From contig CALSCP010000713.1 of assembly GCA_943704425.1 (NCBI GenBank), positions 1 to 58,903 on the forward strand: a stretch of 58,903 nucleotides of DNA, written 5' to 3'. Below the pieces are notes generated by a model. That model was not told where the DNA came from. It did not search any database and saw only the letters and a list, made by a program, of their open reading frames with translations. Position numbers and translations under genes: made by a program. Position 1 is the stretch's first letter. Every line of letters begins with the position of its first letter. This DNA is from Ministeria vibrans ATCC 50519. Taxonomy: Eukaryota; Protista; Filasterea. Below, one piece after another: positions 36,746-48,928 of this stretch.

Positions 36746-39201
36746 CGGTTTTTTTGTGTGTCTTCCTGCGCTCGTCAAAAAGTGCTTCCATGCAGCCCGT
36801 TTGGGATCGAGACTTCTCACTCGGTGCAATGTCGTTGTGTAGAAGAGAATAACGGCCGCGGACGTGTTTGGGACGGCGGCTGTGGACGACGACGACGGAG
36901 ACTTGGCCAAGAACGCAGTGCTGGACGATGTCGAGCTGTCTGCGGGCACGAGCGCACCTGTCGCCGAGCGGCGCGGCAGCTCTGACTCGGCTTCGATGGA
37001 CATTGCTTCCCTCGGCGAGCAGGCGTGGCTGCACGCGTCTGCGGCCGCAGTCGAAACGGGCGCCTCAGACGATGCGCCGGAGTCCACGGCGACCACCGCC
37101 ACTGCAGACGACGACGACGACGACTCCAAAACGGATCAGTCGCTGACGCCCAACGAGTCCCCGCGTGTCAGCGAAGAACGGCCTCGCGTCGGTGCCTTTT
37201 TCATGGGCCTGCTACGACGCAAAAACACAACGACGACAACAGCCGTCGATACGGTCGCGTCGCCTCCTGCCGGCGTCACTCCTGTTGCCACCCCTTCTGG
37301 CAGTTTGGATACCGCTCTCGAAGCTTTGTCTGAACCCTCCTCCTCCTCCATTCCACCACCGCAGTCGCCGCGAGCCGCAGACGCATCCACCACCAGTGCC
37401 ACCGAAAACGCACACGACAACACCAATGACATCAATGAGCCTGTTGCGCTCCCGCCTACTCCTACCACGACCGACGGCGTCACTTCTGACACTGCTGCGA
37501 CGGTCACTGTAACATCTTCGATCCCCATCGAACCCGTACGCGCAGAGGGAAGGACTTCCAAAAGTGCGCCTTCATCACCCCGTGGTGACACTGTGATGGG
37601 TCCCGGCGGTAACTCGCCTCAACCAGGTGGGCTGAGTCGCGACACGTCCACTGGATCGCCGCCGACTGTCACCGGCAAAGGCTCGACGTCGACAGGACTT
37701 ATTCTCGAGAGTCGACCAAGCGGACTGCCGCCCAAGAAGCGTGCCGAGGAGCGTAGGCAACGCGCCATGTACGACCAGATGGTGGCGGACACAAAACGAC
37801 GCGAGGACCAGAAGGCCAAGGTGAAGGAGAAGCGTGAACGTGAGCAGAATGACCTCATTCAGCGATGGACCACGGATATCTTGCCGCACTGGCGCGACAA
37901 GCGGGACAGCAAGCGAGTACGTGAGCTGGTGTGGCAGGGCATTCCGTCGTCGGTGCGTGCGCGTGCATGGCCCCTTGCCGCCGGGAATGGACTACATGTC
38001 ACACGCGATCTGTACGAAATCTTCTTACAACGGGCACGAGGCAAGTTGGAAAGTGGCGAAGGGGTTGGCATGGACGACACCGAGGTGGCTGCTGCGGGTG
38101 GTGGTGAGTCAGCCGAGGACAGAGGCGACGGAGAGAATGGGTTTGGCGAGGACGGAGTTGGCGGTGGAGAGGCGACAGACGGCCGCGGTCGTGGCGAAAA
38201 CAACAGTGGTGGCGGAGTGGCATCGTTGGCGAAGGAGCCTGTGCGCTGCCGGGCTGTGTCGCGTGAGAACTCGGTACACCTCATTCAGCTGGATGTTTCG
38301 CGGACGTTTCCCAACCTGGGGCTTTTCCAAGAGGGTGGGCCGTACCACCAGCGCCTGTGCAATGTCCTCGAGGCGTACACTTGCTACCGGCCCGACGTGG
38401 GTTATGTCCAAGGCATGTCTTTTTTGGCGTCGATGCTCTTGCTCAACCTTGATGACGTCGACGCCTTCATCTGCCTTGCCAACCTCATGTCGAATCCCCT
38501 CCACATGGCATTTTACCGTCTCGAACGCGATCTCGTAAGCAAGTCTCCCGTTTTCTAAATTGCGATCGCTCTCTCTATCTCTATTGTTTTGTCCCTGTTT
38601 TTCTTTAATCTTTATTGCTTTGTCTCTCTCTCTCTCTCTCGATTCACTTTGCTTCTTTCACTTTCTTCTCTCTGACCCTTTTTTTCTTTTTCTTTTTCTT
38701 TTTTCCCGCCTTTTCACCACTAATTTGTTTTTTTTTGTTTTTTTCGCCCTCCTTCTCTCTTCAACTGACTGTTTACTCTCATCCACTCTGGTGCGCATCC
38801 ACGATCGTCAGTTTGTGCCATATCTGGAGGTGATGGACCAGCTGCTCAAGGAGTATGTGCCGCGGGTGCAGCGCCATCTGCACGACCTGCAAATCCAGCA
38901 CGACCTGTTTCTCGTCGACTGGATCCTGACCATCTATAGTCGTGCGCTACCGCTGGATGTGGCATGTCGCGTGTGGGATGTGTTCCTGCTCGAGGGCGAC
39001 TGTGTGCTTTTCCGCGTTGCGCTTGGCCTCTTCCGCATGTATCAGACAGCACTCGTTAAAATGGACTTTGAGCAGACCATTGCCTTTGTACGCGCACTTC
39101 CGCCCACCATGAGCGACAAAGAGCTCTTCACCCACATCCACGCTATCACCCTCACCCCCAAGCACTATGCCGAGGTGTGCGACCGTCACATTCACTCCTG
39201 A
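36626..39201 (+). CDS. TBC1D14: TBC1D12/14-type Rab GAP; 3 exons
   Basis: LILESRPSGLPPK, RELVWQGIPSSVR, IQLDVSRTFP, EAYTCYRPDVGYVQGMSF, LPLDVACRVWDVF. Confidence 0.88.
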
Positions 39202-39305
39202 TTTTGCAATACAAACGAAAGAGTACATTTATTTTCCTTTATATTTTTCTCTCAACTGTTCGTCTTCCCTCCTCTACAAGTACACCGTTGTACATGGTCG
39301 TCCAG

Positions 39306-41280
39306 TCAAGGGCTCTCCGTATCTTTGTTGTTGGCGTCACCGTCGTCGTCGTCGTCGTTGTCGTCGTCGTCGTCGACAAAGGCAGCGGGAGAGTGCGCAA
39401 ATCCAAACTCAACCTGCTCGAGGAAGGCAACGGCGTCGGCGTCAGGAAGACCCTTGGACGCAATGGGCGCCGACACGGCTGCTGTCGTGCTCTTGCTTGC
39501 AGCGGGCCCAATGGCGGCGCCAGTGGTGGCGCAGTCGTTGTCATTGTTGTGTTCATTGCGTCCCGTGACAGCAAACGAGGATATGCCGGTGCGTAAAGAG
39601 AGGGCCGCTGAGCTGGCAGCAAGGCCTGCAGCATCGTCGCTGTCGTCGTCGTCGGAAAAGCGAGCGTGGTCGCGCGTGTGTGGATCAAGATCGAGGAGAC
39701 GCGCGTGCTGTGCGCACAGCAGAGGGTCCCGTGATTTGAGGACGGCGTGGGGGCAGCGCAGGCCTGAGGGAGAGACGTGCTCGCACGCGACGTAGAGTAC
39801 CTGACGGGGATCGTGCAGGATGTGGCGCAGACACAGCGGGCTCATGGGCAGAGCGCGTGACGAGCAGCAGAAGCAGCCATCGGCATCGCGGTGCGTGCAT
39901 CGACCAGCAATGACCAGTTCGTCGGCGGCGACGCCTCGCTCAAGCTGCTCGGCCTGCTCAATCTCTTGGCGCAGGCGCTGTCGCATGATAAACTCGTCGG
40001 CCGACAAACGCCGGTACTTGCGCTGAAGCATCCACTTTGCATCGAGACGTAAGAGACGGGAGGGTCGCATGCGCACACGCTTCTGAGAAACAAATGTCTG
40101 GGCGTATGATAGGGCGAGGCGGCGCAGCTGTGACCCATAAAGGGCGCGTAGCTGCAGCAGACGCGCGCGTCGTGCCTTGTTAAATTGCGCCGATGTGAGT
40201 GCCTCGCCGGGTGCGTCGAGCGCATCGGTGTCGTCCGCAACGCACATGTCCTCCTCGTCGGCGGACGCTTCACTTGCACTACCGAACCAGAGGTTGTCTT
40301 CGACACGATCGGCCACAATGGGGGCATTCCATTCCGACTCGGAGTCTGACTCGCCCCCTCCCGTCACCACAACACTGTCACCCGTCGCCTTTTGCTTACG
40401 CCGCTGTGCCACCACAGCAGCCACAATGGTCTGCGGCATGTCGTCAACGCGCAAGTGGCGACTCAGCCCAGCCGTGTCCCTTGTAGTCGCTGTCGTAGAA
40501 GTACTAGTAGTAGTGGTGGTGGTTGTTGTCGATGATGTTGTGGTTGTTGTCGTAGTATTGATCGTATTCGTTGTGGTGGTCGCAGCATTGGCAGCAGCAA
40601 TGGTTGGAATGAGTCGTTGCTTGTCGTCTCTTCGCTTACGGCGCAGTGCCTCGCGCACCACAAGCGCCGCCTTGCTGTATTTCGGGATATTTCGCTGGGC
40701 CAGGGCGGCTGCAAGTTTCATCGAGCCCATAGAGGTACCGGGAGCGTGGCGCGCGGCGAGTTTTTGACGTAGGGTGAGCTCTTTGGCGACGAGACGTCGA
40801 TGACGAGGATTGTCGATGGGCGACTCGCGCGCCTGCCCTGCTGCGAGCAGACGCGCACTGAAGGAGGCGGGCGACGACGCGGACTGCGAGCGGATGCGCA
40901 ATGGTGTGCCTGGCCCTGCCGCACCCGCATCGGCATTGACGTTGCTGCGCGGCAGAGTGTCAGACAGAAGAGAGAAGGAAAAAAGTGTGCCTAATGTGTC
41001 GAACCGTTTCTTTGGCGCCGGCTTACTACTACCTTGGCCACCACCGTCGTCGTCGTCGTTGTCGTCGTCTTCGTCGTCGTCCGATAGAAAGGCGGGGACT
41101 GAAAGAAAGGCGAGGGGTGAGGAGACGGGAACGAAGGGCAACACGTCGCGTACGAGGGTCCTGCGCAGGCTTCGGCGCTTCCGACGGTCTTCTGCGCCTC
41201 TTTCCGCCCGACGATGACGACGTCGACGACGTCGCAGCAGCTGATGCAGAGCCGCGACGACGAGGAGCGCTCGATGACAT
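39306..41280 (-). CDS. KANSL2: KANSL2-like NSL complex subunit (zf-C3Hc3H); 2 exons
   Basis: RLLQLRALYGSQLRRL, KYRRLSADEFIMRQR, CSSRALPMSPLCLRHILHDPRQVLYVAC...CPHAV...CAQH. Confidence 0.72.
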
Positions 41281-41346
41281 GATCAATTGAAAATTATATA
41301 ATAATTATATTATTCATCATTCACACATTTTGATTCGATTTTGACG

Positions 41347-42934
41347 ATGGGCAAACCGGACGGAAAGGGCAAGGGCAAGGTGAAGGGCAAGGCGGGGTCG
41401 GCAGCGACGCGGTCGAAGTCGGGCAAGAGCAGAGGGGCGCGCAAGGGCCTGGCCAGCCACGCAGCCGGCAAGGTGGTCAAGGCAAAGGAGAGTCGGTCGC
41501 ATGGCCTTTCCAAAAAAGCTGCCGAAGCCGCGGCAGACTCTCTTCTCAAGGAGAAGTCGCGGAAGAGCGCCCGAGGCAAGAGAGTCGAGGCGAATAAGGC
41601 TCCAAAGGTCCGTTTTTTTTATTATTTTCCTTTTTTTCTTGCGTTGGATTTTTGTGCACGACCGTCGCTCAACACACACTCCACACACTGGTCAAATAGG
41701 TCATGGAGAACACCAAACGAGCGCTCTTTATTCGTGGCCCGGCCTCAAGCGACTTACTGAACGAGTTTCTCAGCGACATTTCACAGTTGAAGCAGCCTGT
41801 ACGGACCGGAGAGACGAGAGCGTGCGTGTGTGTCGAATTGTGATTGTATTATTTGTATGCTGTTGAGATTGTGTGTGTATGTATATGTGTGCATATTATT
41901 GATTTGTGTGTGTGTGTGCGTGTGTGTGTGTGTGTGTGGCCATCAGAGGATGTTTGATCTCACTTGCGTGCTCCGCTTAGGACTCGGTGCTGTTTCGTCG
42001 TCGAAACATCTTACGACCATTTGAGGATGAGACGCCTCTGGAGTTTTTGTGCGAGCGTAACGACACTTCATTGTTCATGTATGTGTCGCACAACAAGAAG
42101 CGACCTGCCAACCTTGTGGTGGGGCGAATGCACGACGGCCACGTGTTGGATATGATTGAGATGGGCATTGACGCATACCTGCCGATGGGGGCAATTGAGG
42201 GCGACAAGCCGCCGGTGGGCAACAAGCCGCTGTTGGTGTTTCACGGGACGGCGTTTGACGAGCGCGACGATCTTGCACAGCTGCGTTCGCTGTTGATCGA
42301 CTTCTTCCGGGGACCCACGGTGCCTTCGGTGAGTCTGAGTGGCCTGGAACATGTGTTGTCGTTCACGGCGGACCACGAGGGCCACATCACCATGCACGGC
42401 TACAAGAACAAACTTATGAAGAGCGGCACACGCGTTCCTCGGTACTGTCTACGTTGGATGGTGGTAGCCGTGCTGACCTGCAGGCAATGAATATGTGTAG
42501 GATTGAGCTGCAGGACATGGGGCCAGTGGTGGAACTGAGCATGCGCCGCAGTCGTCTTGCGTCCGACGAGGCCCGCCGTGCCGCTTGCAAGGTTCCCAAG
42601 GTACTCACTTCTGCATATACACTGTCCTGTTTGTTCAACTGACTTTGGTTTCTTTTCTTTTTTTAATTTTGCTGTTCTCTTTGTTTCTTTTTTTTGCGCT
42701 CTGTAGCAACTGCGACCAAAGAAGAAGAAGGGTGTGACGCGCGATGCGCTGGGCTCGAAGATTGGGCGGGTGCACGTTGGGCGCGAAGACCTTAGCAAAC
42801 TGCGCCTCAAGAAGGTCCGTGGTCTCAAGCGCAAGAACGTGCCCGACGAAGACGCCGCTGCTGCTTCCGATGCGCCCCGCACTGCCACTCCGCGTCCCAG
42901 CAAGCGTGGCAAGAACGAACGGGTCCTGTTGTAA
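41347..42934 (+). CDS. RPF2: Ribosome production factor 2 (Brix domain); 5 exons
   Basis: ENTKRALFIRG, RPFEDETPLEFL, SHNKKRPANLVVGR, KSGTRVPRIELQDMGP, GSKIGRVHVGREDL. Confidence 0.95.
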
Positions 42935-43271
42935 TGTTGTAACAAAAAAAATGAGTAAAAAAAAGTCAAGCAGAGCGGAAAGCGAGCAAAAATGCCAATA
43001 TGAGCGTGGAAGTGTAGTCTTATTAATTAATTATTCAACGGCGAAAGGTTTGATTGAATGTGTCAGTCACTCAGTCAGTGGACTCAGTGCGTCTCAACTC
43101 TCAAGTCATCATGACTTGTTTATATCAGGAAAATCAAAATATTTTAAGTCTCAGTCACTCGTCACTTGTCACTTGTCACTTTTCGGTCGTCACTCGTCAA
43201 AATTCAGATCGCACAAATTTCAATAATTTTCCTTTTATTCTTCTCGACCCTCTCTTGTACCACATCGTCAA

Positions 43272-43669
43272 ATGTCAACGTCACTGTGGAAGATTTACGG
43301 CTCGCTTCGACCCTGCGGGCGTGGGCTCTATCTGAACAACGCACTGATTCCCTCCCGCCGTGCGCTTGGGGCCGTCCTTCCGTCGCGAAGCATGGGCAGC
43401 CAACCGGCACGCTTGACAGAGGTACTGCGGTTTGCTCAGCAGCACTGATACCCCCCTCCACCTCTCTCCTCGACGCTTTCCTCTCTTTTTTTTTTTCTTT
43501 TTTTTCTCTTGCGTTCCATCCTCTCCTTCGTGCCTCTCTGCCGTTTCCCCTTGCCATTGTCACCGCTTTGGTGGATGCCCTCCATTGAAATGGTGCCCCT
43601 AAACGCAAACGGCGGCGTGGCATAGGGCAGTCGGGACGTGAGGGCACTCCGGGTGCGCTGATGGGCTTC

Positions 43670-43737
<68 letters not shown>

Positions 43738-44256
43738 TGGGTGCGGGTCGCGTTGCATGTATGCGGCTGCACAGGCACATCATTGTGTCCACCGACACGA
43801 GGCGTGCTGTTTACAGTGTAGTGGCGGCCGAGTGTGTTGAACTTGGGTGTGTGATTCGCACTCCTCACTCGATTGTGTCTTTCCTCAAGGACGAAATCAG
43901 CTCGAGGGCGCGAGAGCTTATTTCACGGTTTAGCGAGGAGGCTGGCAAGGGAGACATGTCAAAGGTGAGGGAGAGCGAGAATGTACAAGACGCGTTCTAA
44001 ATTCGACGAAATGGTAGATTCAGGACAGCGGAGCGCACTTTATGAACGACCTTGGATTTGACAGGTATGAGTGTACAACATGCCGAGTTGTATATTATGG
44101 TCTTTCTTATATGCACGACCGCTGTGTAGCCTGGACACGGTGGAGATTATCAATGCGTTTGAGGAGGAGTTTGACGTGACTATTCCGGACCATGAGGCGG
44201 AGAAGATGTGGACCATTGGTGACGCAGCCAAGTTTATCGCACAGAACCACCATTAA
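43272..44256 (+). CDS. NDUFAB1: Mitochondrial acyl carrier protein; 4 exons
   Basis: Arg/Ser-rich presequence; [35 protein letters not shown], with the phosphopantetheine Ser codon split by an intron. Confidence 0.88.
43673..43737. repeat. (GT)n microsatellite in ACP intron 1
   Basis: About 32 TG units. Confidence 0.95.
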
Positions 44257-44369
44257 ACAAAAACAAAAACATGAGTTATATTGAGCATGAATGAGTCAAG
44301 AAACAGAAGTAGAATAATTCAATGGAGAGAGGGGGGGGGGGGGTACAAGACTTGACGGGTGCGCGTGTG

Positions 44370-45540
44370 CTAGCGACGCGTGGTTCCGCCAAACCCAGTG
44401 GCGGTGCGGGTGCCTCCGCCTCCACCTCCGCCCCATCCGCCTCCGCCCATTCCACCGCCGCCGAAACCGCCACCGTAGCGCGGCCGACCCCATCCACCGG
44501 CATATCCTCCGTTGTTGTAGCCGCCACCGCGGTTGCCCATCATGTAGCCCAGGAGACCACCGGTCGCTGCCCCCGTCCAGAACCCTCCACCACCCGTGCC
44601 GCCACTGCCACCTGACGGTGGGGGACAGCCTCCTCCGCCGTACGGTCCACCGCCCCCGCCACCGTAGGGTCCTCCTCCACCACCGCCACCTCCGGTGTAG
44701 CGAGTACCACCGCCACCTGCAGCCACACCGGGGTTGGTGTTGTTGCAGGAGCGATAGATGAGGTAGGCGATGACACCAAAGACAAGCTATAAATCGAAAG
44801 ACGGCTGGATAAGATTAAGGCAGTATAACGGCCCGGAATCTCTTTCAAACCATACGAGGGAACCGAAGCTGGAGCCTTCGGAGTGAGAATACGAGTTGTA
44901 ATGACGTCCACTGGAGTAGGAGCCGCCGCCGCCGGAAGGACTGCCTCGCAGTTCGTACTCGAGACCACAGGAGTCGCGCAAGATGTAAGGGTCGTCAGGG
45001 TAGGCATAGCCTTCGCAGTTCACCGAGAGACGTCCAAAGCTCATGCCTGTAGGGAGATCTGCCTTGCACTAGGTAGGTAGGAGACACACAGAAGCGTTTC
45101 ACGAAAGTTCACGCTCAACATTCAAAAAACAAACCTCCCATTGAGGATCACCGCCCATTCCGATGCCTTTTGCTGTGCATTGCACGGTAGCGGGTGTGTT
45201 TACGCAATTGCGCAGACATCTACGGCGCAAAATCAATGGTTAGCGAGAGAGAGAGGGTGACGTGTGAGCAAACGCAACGCACCTCAACTGTGGAACAGGG
45301 CTGCTCCTGCGCCCGTTTGTCATCTGCCCGTCGTACAAGGTCAGCGCTGTGGAAACACGTGTGCCGCATGAGTGGTATAGAAGAGGGCGAGGCAGGGAGA
45401 GGGAGAGAGAGAGAGCGAGAAAGAGAGAGAGAGAGAGACTTTTCTGTACCTTTCACGTCACTCATAAGAACCTTATCGCTCTGACCAAAGGCCAGTACCG
45501 AGGTGGCACAAGCCAAGAGGAGCGCAATTAACAAGTGCAT
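44370..45540 (-). CDS. SARAF: SARAF/TMEM66, store-operated Ca2+ entry regulator; multi-exon
   Basis: Signal peptide, ALTLYDGQMTNGRRSSPVPQL, CEGYAYPDDPYILRDSCGLEYEL, GFWTGAATGGLLGYM, terminal TRTATGFGGTTRR. Confidence 0.93.
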
Positions 45541-45933
45541 AGAAAGTATTGGTAACTATTATAGTTAAATAAAATGAAAATTACTAGTCTGTTATTAGAA
45601 GAGAACAACCCAATGAACCCATTTATTCCATGATACATTCACCGCGTCGATCGTAATCGGGTCAACAACAAAATTAAATTTTAAAGCAGGAGTGCAATCG
45701 CTATTCGGTGAGGTAGTCGCAAGTATTTATAACTCACTTTCTTCTTCTCTTCTAAGGTATTATTATCAAAGTCGAACTGAGTAGTACATCATAACGTCGT
45801 AATAATTATTAATTATTTTTGATTTTTGAAGAACGAGCAAAGATCTTCGTATTCTTACTATACCGTATACGCTAAGTACCCATAGGGCTATTAATATTAG
45901 GGTATAGCCCAAGAAGAGTGACGAGTATTATTT

Positions 45934-46503
45934 TTACAGAAGCACACAAACGCCGCCCTTTGATTTGACAGATTTCCCCGCATCAAAAACAGCCTCGGCG
46001 ACGTTCTCAACGGCACCAGAAGCCGCCACAGCAGCATTCCCCGCCCCGTCCACGATATCGTCGGTCTTGTCCGCTGCCGTTTCAGCAGCCTTGGATGCGT
46101 CCGAAGCAAGTCCTTCAGCCTAGTAGGATCATCCGGTCAGAAGGATAAAAAGGGATCCGGAGGGGGGAAGGTTGATTGGCTTCACATGCACAATGCACCT
46201 TCTCACTGACAGCTTCTACCGCATCCGTGGCCTTCTCGCCGGCGTCTTCGGCCTTTGCAGTCGCCGCATCTAACGCTTCACTGGCATCCTCGCCGACTGC
46301 TTCCATTCGCTCCTCCGTAGCCCCAACTGCTTCTGCTGCGGCAGACTCAATCAGTTCACTTGCCTTGGCGGCAGATTCCTCAACCGCGCCAGTCGCAATT
46401 TCATCGATTGTGGTCTGAGCGTGATTGAGAGATACAAAAAAAAAGGTAAACAAACTGCACCACCCCTTTCCCTCGCACCAACCTGTTCTTTTTCAGTGTC
46501 AGA
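45934..46503 (-). CDS. Ala/Glu-rich LEA-like repeat protein ending in a CaaX box; start exon unresolved
   Basis: Spliced exons SDTEKEQ / TTIDEIATGAVEESAAK...VSEK / AEGLASDASK...KSVKSKGGVCVLL*. Confidence 0.65.
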
Positions 46504-46896
46504 CTGCGTCCAGCAAATTAGGTAGTGATATTGTCAAAGGCTCAAAGCAACAGCAGGAGCCAGGAAGGCCTTCAGCAAAATTGCTCAAGGAGATCAACGA
46601 AGATCTGATGCTCGCCCTCAACACCCGAAAATCAACATACTACATCACTGCTCGAAACGAATAAGAACAGGTACCTGTACATCCACTATGCCCGCACCCA
46701 CATCATCCCCGACAAAGACAAATGGGATGAAATCTTTGAAGATATATGTTATATGTCATAAGAGTTTAGCGTCTCTGTAACAACAAACTTTTGCACGAAA
46801 TTGGACCAAAAAAATTAATTATTATTATTATTATTATTAAAACGGAGTAGTTATTATTATTATTACAATTATTTTGAATTTTATTTTGCATTCATA

Positions 46897-48677
46897 TTAT
46901 TCCTCTTCGATTTCATCCAGTAATCTGACTGATTCAACGCTGGCGCCCGATTGTTTCTCAAACATGGCCCAAATTTCTTCTAGGGTGAGTCCGCGCGTCT
47001 CGGGCAAGTAGATGTAGCAATAGACGAGAGAGAGGAGGGCAATGGCAGCGTACAGCCAGAAGGTGCCGGCTGTCGTGATGGTTTGTGTGAGCGTGAGAAA
47101 CGACATGGACACAATAACATTGCAGGTCCAATTGACTGCCGTGGCCACGCCCGTTCCCGCCGAGCGATTGTGCGTGTCAAAAATTTCGGCATTGACGACC
47201 CAAGGCACCGATGTGACGCCAATGCCAAAACTGGCTATGTACACGGCGAGTGAGAGAAGCGCCAGCCAGGCGTATGCATCAGGACAGGTGTCGGAGACCG
47301 CCTGTGGATCGAGCTGTGTCACCAGCTGACCCACTGGACAGTACGAATAGTTGGCCGTGGTGGGCACGCACACAGCCGAATCGCCCAGACAGAAGCCACA
47401 GGAGGAGTCGCTGACGCAAGCAAAGCAAGTGTCGTAGGCAACGCCACAGGCACCCAACGAAGCATTGTGTGATTGGATCGGTGGGGAGTGATGAGGTGCG
47501 ATGTAAAAGGCCTGTGCGAGCATAAGCAAGCCCGTCAGAATGCCCACGAGCGAACCAAGCATGAGGGCGCGCCGACCCACCCGTTCGATGAGGAGCAGGC
47601 CGATCACCGTGAACACGACAAATACACTTATAACGGCGGCACTCATCCACATGGCCTCCGTGTCTTCGCTCACACCCGCCAGCTTCAGAATGGTGGACGT
47701 GTAGTACATGATGGTGTTGATTCCGGTCATTTGATTTATAAACTGTAGCATACATGCCAGCAGAAGCGTGCGACGCAGCGTCGCCGTCTGGAACAACGCC
47801 ATCACACCCTGCTGGGTGTGCGCTGCCGCTTCCACCCCCTCGCGTATCTCTTCGAGTTCCCTCTCGATATCTGCTGAGGCGCCACGCAGCAACTGAAGTG
47901 CGTGACGTGCCTCGGCCAGGCGTCCTTTGGACGCCAAAAACCTAGGTGATTCGGTGGCGAAGAAGAAAAAGCCCACAAGTTGAATGAAAGCCGGGAGCGC
48001 AGAGAGACCAAACATGTAGCGCCAGCCGTGTGGCGTACGCGACAGACTTGCGTCGACCAGGGTCGATATAAACTGACCGCCACTGACACAAACAGTGTTG
48101 GCGGCCGTGAGCATGCCGCGCGTCTCAGACGGAGCACACTCGGCGATGATCACCGGAACCACTGCACTTGCGGCACCCACCCCAATGCCGACAACAAGGC
48201 GACCGACGAGCACCACTTCCCAGGTGGGCGCAAGCGCCAGTGTTGCAGCACCCGCAACAAACACAATGGACGACGCGATGATCGCCGGTCGACGGCCCCA
48301 GCGCGTGCTGAAGGGCGCCCCGCCAAGCGATCCCACAATGGCACCGGCAACGGCGATGCCCACAATCAGTTCCTGCTGCAGTGTTGATCTAAGTTTTAAG
48401 ATTGGAGTGAGTACGCTTCTTTTTGTACTTCCTTCTTTATCTATTACAAGGAGAATTCGCGCTTAAGCAGCAGCAAGGCGCCCGAGATGACGCTAGTGTC
48501 ATACCCAAACATGAACCCCCCAATTGCGCTGAGAAAGACAAGCAGGATCAGACGAGGCGTCAACTGGTGTGGCGAAGCAATCTTGTCCAACAGCACATCG
48601 TCCACATCATCAACGGCATCAATCACATCGCGATTGAGAGAAACCATTTCTATGTCAGCCTCAGAGTGAAGGCGCAT
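46897..48677 (-). CDS. SLC2A13: H+/myo-inositol cotransporter (sugar porter family); 2 exons
   Basis: GGFMFGYDTSVISGA, WGRR, ESPRFL, QMTGINTIMYY, Cys-rich loop CFACVSDSSCGFC typical of HMIT/INT, PWVVNAEIF, LPETRG. Confidence 0.88.
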
Positions 48678-48742
48678 GCGCGACCGATTAATAATAATAT
48701 AATTGATAATAATAAGAAGAAGAAATAATTAGTAAAATAAAT

Positions 48743-48775
<33 letters not shown>

Positions 48776-48928
48776 GAGAATCAAGAGCTGTACTCAATGT
48801 CAAAAAAAAAACTATAAAAAACAAAGAGATATAAAGAATATTTATGGTAATCAATAAATTAGAACGCCGCCTTTCTGTATGTGACACGTACGAATGATTA
48901 TGATATAGAAGTAGAATTTTAATACAAA

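Noticed and set aside
13065-39201. Two TBC Rab-GAP genes in one window
   Set aside because: Different subfamilies (TBC1D5 versus TBC1D12/14), not a tandem duplication.
16458-48677. Osmotic-stress cluster (trehalase, SOS1-type antiporter, LEA-like, inositol transporter)
   Set aside because: Spread over 32 kb among unrelated housekeeping genes; no evidence of co-regulation.
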